DNA of 56,537 bases from the NCBI GenBank assembly GCA_964550035.1, contig CAZJVU010000007.1:1-56537 (forward strand), given 5' to 3'. Under the pieces are notes generated by a model that worked only from the letters and a program-made list of their open reading frames with translations, searched no databases and was not told the DNA's origin. Origin of the DNA: an uncultured Candidatus Saccharibacteria bacterium. Its GTDB lineage: Bacteria > Patescibacteriota > Saccharimonadia > Saccharimonadales > EFPC-124. The translations under genes and the position numbers were made by a program. How positions within the stretch are numbered: the first letter of the stretch is position 1; each line of letters begins with the position of its first letter. Positions 53,312 to 56,537 of the stretch are shown here, piece after piece.

Positions 53312-55858
53312 ATGGACGACGACAAGAATATCCCAATAGAAGGTGAACTAGTAGAGCAGCCAGTGGCTGAGCAGACCCATTCCAAGACGCTTGAACTCCG
53401 AACGGTTGAGAATGTTATGGAGGATAGTTTCCTTCGATACTCCATGAGCGTGATCATCGACCGTGCGCTTCCTGACGTTCGTGACGGCTTGAAGCCTGTG
53501 CATCGTCGCATTCTTTACTCTATGGAGCGAAATGGGTGGCGACCAGGAACGAAGTTCGTCAAAAGCGCACGTATTACCGGTGATGTGATGGGTAAGTATC
53601 ACCCGCACGGTGACTCAGCGATTTACGACTCTATGGTCCGCCTAGCTCAGGATTGGGCTATGCGCTATATGCTTGTGGATGGTCAGGGTAACTTTGGATC
53701 GATGGACGGAGATCCACCGGCTGCCGCTCGTTATACCGAGGCTCGCATGGCGAAGCCTGGGGCCGAGCTTTTGGCAGATCTCGACAAGAACACTGTCGAC
53801 TTCCGCGACAACTATGATGGTGAAGAGAAGGAACCAGTTGTTCTGCCGGCTAAGTTGCCGAACCTCCTTTTGAACGGACAGATTGGTATCGCCGTTGGTA
53901 TGGCGACGAGCATCCCACCTCACAATCTCGGTGAACTGGTAGATGCCATCATACACATTATTGATAACCCCGAAGATACAACACTTGAGCATCTCCTTAA
54001 GTATGTGAAGGGCCCGGACTTCCCGACCGGAGGCATTGTGTATGGCGGCGATTCGCTCCGTCAGGCATATGCAACTGGTCGTGGCGGTATTGTTGTTCGT
54101 GCTGTCGCTGAGATTGAAGAGACTTCTCGTGGCAAGCATCAGATTGTTGTAACAGAGATGCCATACGCTGTAAATAAGGCAACGCTTATCGAGCGTATCG
54201 CTGACCTTGTCAAAGAGAAGAAAATTATGGGTATCTCTGATCTGCGCGACGAGAGCGCTCGCGGTGCGATTCGGGTTGTTGTGGAGCTCAAGAAGGACGC
54301 ATATCCAAAGAAAGTCTTGAACCAACTCTACAAGATGACACAGCTCCAGACGAGTTTTCATTACAACATGCTTGCGCTTATCGATGGCATTCAGCCTCGT
54401 ATCTTAGGTCTTGAGGAGATTCTCCGTGAGTACCTCAAACACAGACAAGTCGTTGTTCGTCGCCGTACGGAGTTTGAGCTTCAGAAAGCGAAAGATCGCG
54501 CACACATCTTAGAGGGCTTGTCGATTGCTCTTGACCACATCGATGAGGTGATCAAGGTTATTCGTGGCAGCCAGTCAACTGACGAGGCGCAGACCAACCT
54601 GATGAGCAAGTTTGGTCTTAGTGAGATCCAGGCTCGCGCTATCCTGGCGATGCAGCTTCGTGCGCTAACTGGCTTGGAGCGTAAGAAGATCGAAGACGAA
54701 TTGGCAGAACTGCGTAAACTGATTACCGAGCTCGAGTCTATCCTCGCGGATGAGCACCGCATCCTGGCGGTTATTAAGGAAGAACTTCTTGAAATGAAGA
54801 AGCTTTACGCCGATGCGCGTCGAACGAAAATCATTGGTCAAGAGCTTGGTAAGTTCAGCGACGAAGAGCTCATACCAGATGAGCAGGTTGTCGTAACGAT
54901 CACAACGGAAAATTACATCAAGCGGTCACTTGTCAGTGAATATCGCCGCCAGAATAGGGGCGGTAAGGGTAAGCGTGGCATGACCACCAAAGAAGAAGAT
55001 GTCATCGACAAACTCGTCACTGCGAGTACTCATGATTGGCTCCTTCTCTTTACTAATAAGGGTCGCGTCTTCCGCCTAAAGGTACACGAGGTACCGGCAT
55101 CTGGTTTGACTGCAAAGGGGGTAGCAGTGGTCAACCTAATCCAGCTGCAGCCAGAAGAGCATGTCACATCGATGATTAAGCTTGAGAAAGGCCATGACGA
55201 CAAGGGTTATCTGTTCATGACAACCACACATGGTACTGTTAAGAAAACCCCTGTTGGCGACTACAGTAATATTCGTACCTCTGGTTTGATTGCTATCAAG
55301 CTGGATGACGGAGACGAGCTGCGCTGGATTCACCTAAGTAGCGGTAGCGACGAGGTGATCATTTCAACCGCCTTCGGTCAAGCTATCCGCTTCAGCGAAA
55401 AGGACGCGCGCTCTATGGGTCGTTCGGCTCGAGGTGTTCGAGGTATTCGCTTGCGCCCAGGTGACCGTGTCGTGGGTGCTGATCTAGTAGACGATGATCG
55501 TCAGCTGCTTGTCCTCAGCGAGAAGGGCTATGGTAAGCTCACTAAAGTATCTAACTTCCCAGCTCACAAGCGCGGAGGTGTCGGCATCAAGGCGGCTGTT
55601 GTGAACACTAAGACGGGTGATCTCGTATCTGTTCATTCTATTTCGCCTGAAATGCCCGAGATCCTGGTTATCTCTACTAAAGGCCAAGCCATTCGTATCG
55701 GTCTCAAGGATATCCCAGTTCTCGGCCGTACTACTCAGGGTGTGCGCGTAATGCGCCTGAATGGGGATGACAGCGTCGCCTCTGTGGGTCTCGTGAGCGA
55801 GACAGTGGTAGAAGAGATCGCCGAAGAAGCGGAAGCCAGCGAAGCTGCCGAAAAGTAA
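53312..55858 (+). CDS. gyrA: DNA gyrase subunit A
   Basis: [24 protein letters not shown] (catalytic Tyr), and C-terminal beta-pinwheel repeats. Confidence 0.95.
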   Translation: MDDDKNIPIEGELVEQPVAEQTHSKTLELRTVENVMEDSFLRYSMSVIIDRALPDVRDGLKPVHRRILYSMERNGWRPGTKFVKSARITGDVMGKYHPHGDSAIYDSMVRLAQDWAMRYMLVDGQGNFGSMDGDPPAAARYTEARMAKPGAELLADLDKNTVDFRDNYDGEEKEPVVLPAKLPNLLLNGQIGIAVGMATSIPPHNLGELVDAIIHIIDNPEDTTLEHLLKYVKGPDFPTGGIVYGGDSLRQAYATGRGGIVVRAVAEIEETSRGKHQIVVTEMPYAVNKATLIERIADLVKEKKIMGISDLRDESARGAIRVVVELKKDAYPKKVLNQLYKMTQLQTSFHYNMLALIDGIQPRILGLEEILREYLKHRQVVVRRRTEFELQKAKDRAHILEGLSIALDHIDEVIKVIRGSQSTDEAQTNLMSKFGLSEIQARAILAMQLRALTGLERKKIEDELAELRKLITELESILADEHRILAVIKEELLEMKKLYADARRTKIIGQELGKFSDEELIPDEQVVVTITTENYIKRSLVSEYRRQNRGGKGKRGMTTKEEDVIDKLVTASTHDWLLLFTNKGRVFRLKVHEVPASGLTAKGVAVVNLIQLQPEEHVTSMIKLEKGHDDKGYLFMTTTHGTVKKTPVGDYSNIRTSGLIAIKLDDGDELRWIHLSSGSDEVIISTAFGQAIRFSEKDARSMGRSARGVRGIRLRPGDRVVGADLVDDDRQLLVLSEKGYGKLTKVSNFPAHKRGGVGIKAAVVNTKTGDLVSVHSISPEMPEILVISTKGQAIRIGLKDIPVLGRTTQGVRVMRLNGDDSVASVGLVSETVVEEIAEEAEASEAAEK

Positions 55859-55886
55859 GCTACAATAGAAACAGAAGAACCAGTCT

Positions 55887-56315
55887 ATGCATATAGAGTT
55901 ATCGACTTATATCGTTGCACCGTTGGTGGCCTGGGCACTGGCTCAAGTATGTAAGTACTTGAGCCACGCTTACAAGGCTAGCTCGTTTAAGGATGTATCT
56001 TTTCTATACAAGTCTGGTAATATGCCGAGCTCACACTCTGCGCTCATGCTTTCGCTTCTTACGGTCATTGGGCTTAAGGACGGTACGGCGGATGCATCGT
56101 TTGCGATCGTTCTCATACTGTCTCTTATAGTTATTTACGATGCGGTAAACGTACGTCGTTCAGTTGGTGAGCAAGGTCCAGTTGTCGTAGAATTGGCCAA
56201 AAAAGCCGGATTGAAGCCTTCTATCCACTTGGCAATGGGGCATCGTATATCAGAGGTCACAGTGGGTGGCGCGCTTGGTATTGTGACGGCAATCGTAGTG
56301 TTGCAATTTATGTAA
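55887..56315 (+). CDS. Divergent PAP2 family (DUF212) membrane protein
   Basis: SGNMPSSHSALM and IYDAVNVRR. Confidence 0.75.
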   Translation: MHIELSTYIVAPLVAWALAQVCKYLSHAYKASSFKDVSFLYKSGNMPSSHSALMLSLLTVIGLKDGTADASFAIVLILSLIVIYDAVNVRRSVGEQGPVVVELAKKAGLKPSIHLAMGHRISEVTVGGALGIVTAIVVLQFM

Positions 56316-56346
56316 CATTTTTGGCCAGCTAAAGTGTTGACGCAGA

Positions 56347-56375
56347 GGCGCTATTGGGGTAAGATCAATATCAGT
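56347..56375 (+). promoter_or_regulatory. Putative rRNA promoter TTGACG-17-TAAGAT
   Basis: Hexamers read directly, about 110 nt upstream of the 16S 5' end. Confidence 0.45.
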
Positions 56376-56483
56376 CTGCTTGACACGGTAAAGTGTCTAG
56401 GGAGTTGGACAAGGACATTAACAGTTTAGTAGTGCAAATCAACGTCAGTTTTTTGAGCGAATGTTTTTCTTAAAAACATTCAT

Positions 56484-56537
56484 TTTATGGAGAGTTTGAT
56501 CCTGGCTCAGAATGAACGCTGGCGGCGTGCCTAATAC
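56484..56537 (+). rRNA. rrs: 16S rRNA, 5' end only (truncated by the window)
   Basis: AGAGTTTGATCCTGGCTCAG at 56491-56510, followed by AATGAACGCTGGCGGCGTGCCTAATAC. Confidence 0.93.

Overview
The window is a compact, gene-dense bacterial chromosome segment of about 50% GC. It looks monoderm-like: a type IV pilus operon with no secretin gene, an LPETG-anchored surface protein, and many short or absent leaders. It may belong to Patescibacteria/Saccharibacteria, but that is inference only.

Gene content:
- Housekeeping genes: tlyA, ychF, xerC/D-like, uppP, ndk, nrdR, thrS, miaA, rpmB, infC-rpmI-rplT, comM/yifB, gyrB-gyrA.
- Type IV pilus operon (10069-21904): pilM-N-O, a small membrane ORF, pilB-T-C, major pilin, pilD, and four minor pilins.
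- RNA genes: six tRNAs (Arg-CCU, Asp-GUC, Thr-CGU, Gly-CCC, Val-GAC, Pro-GGG), RNase P RNA, tmRNA, and the first ~54 nt of a 16S rRNA.

Main unusual signals:
1. Single-gene GC-rich insertions, about 65% GC in a hand-counted sample. Three are divergent ~150-aa paralogues (1346-1810, 2085-2537, 3155-3592). Each sits in a module of a conserved extended -10 promoter and leader, the ORF, a bulged GC hairpin, then exactly 8 nt and GAAYTTAT(G). The non-coding flanks are better conserved than the proteins. A relic of a fourth copy lies at 1834-1905.
2. Other GC-rich singletons: a 120-aa ORF, a 208-aa ORF, a stand-alone macro-domain gene, and an 82-aa very basic ORF inside the pilus operon.
3. A 1.08-kb ORF-free, hairpin-dense region after tmRNA. 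It leads into a TraD/VirD4-like ATPase cluster.
4. A low-GC nucleotide-metabolism islet next to tRNA-Arg, containing 34-nt direct repeats.

No CRISPR array, transposase or integron integrase is visible. All calls come from reading the sequence and translations by eye and from remembered motifs; no searches were run.
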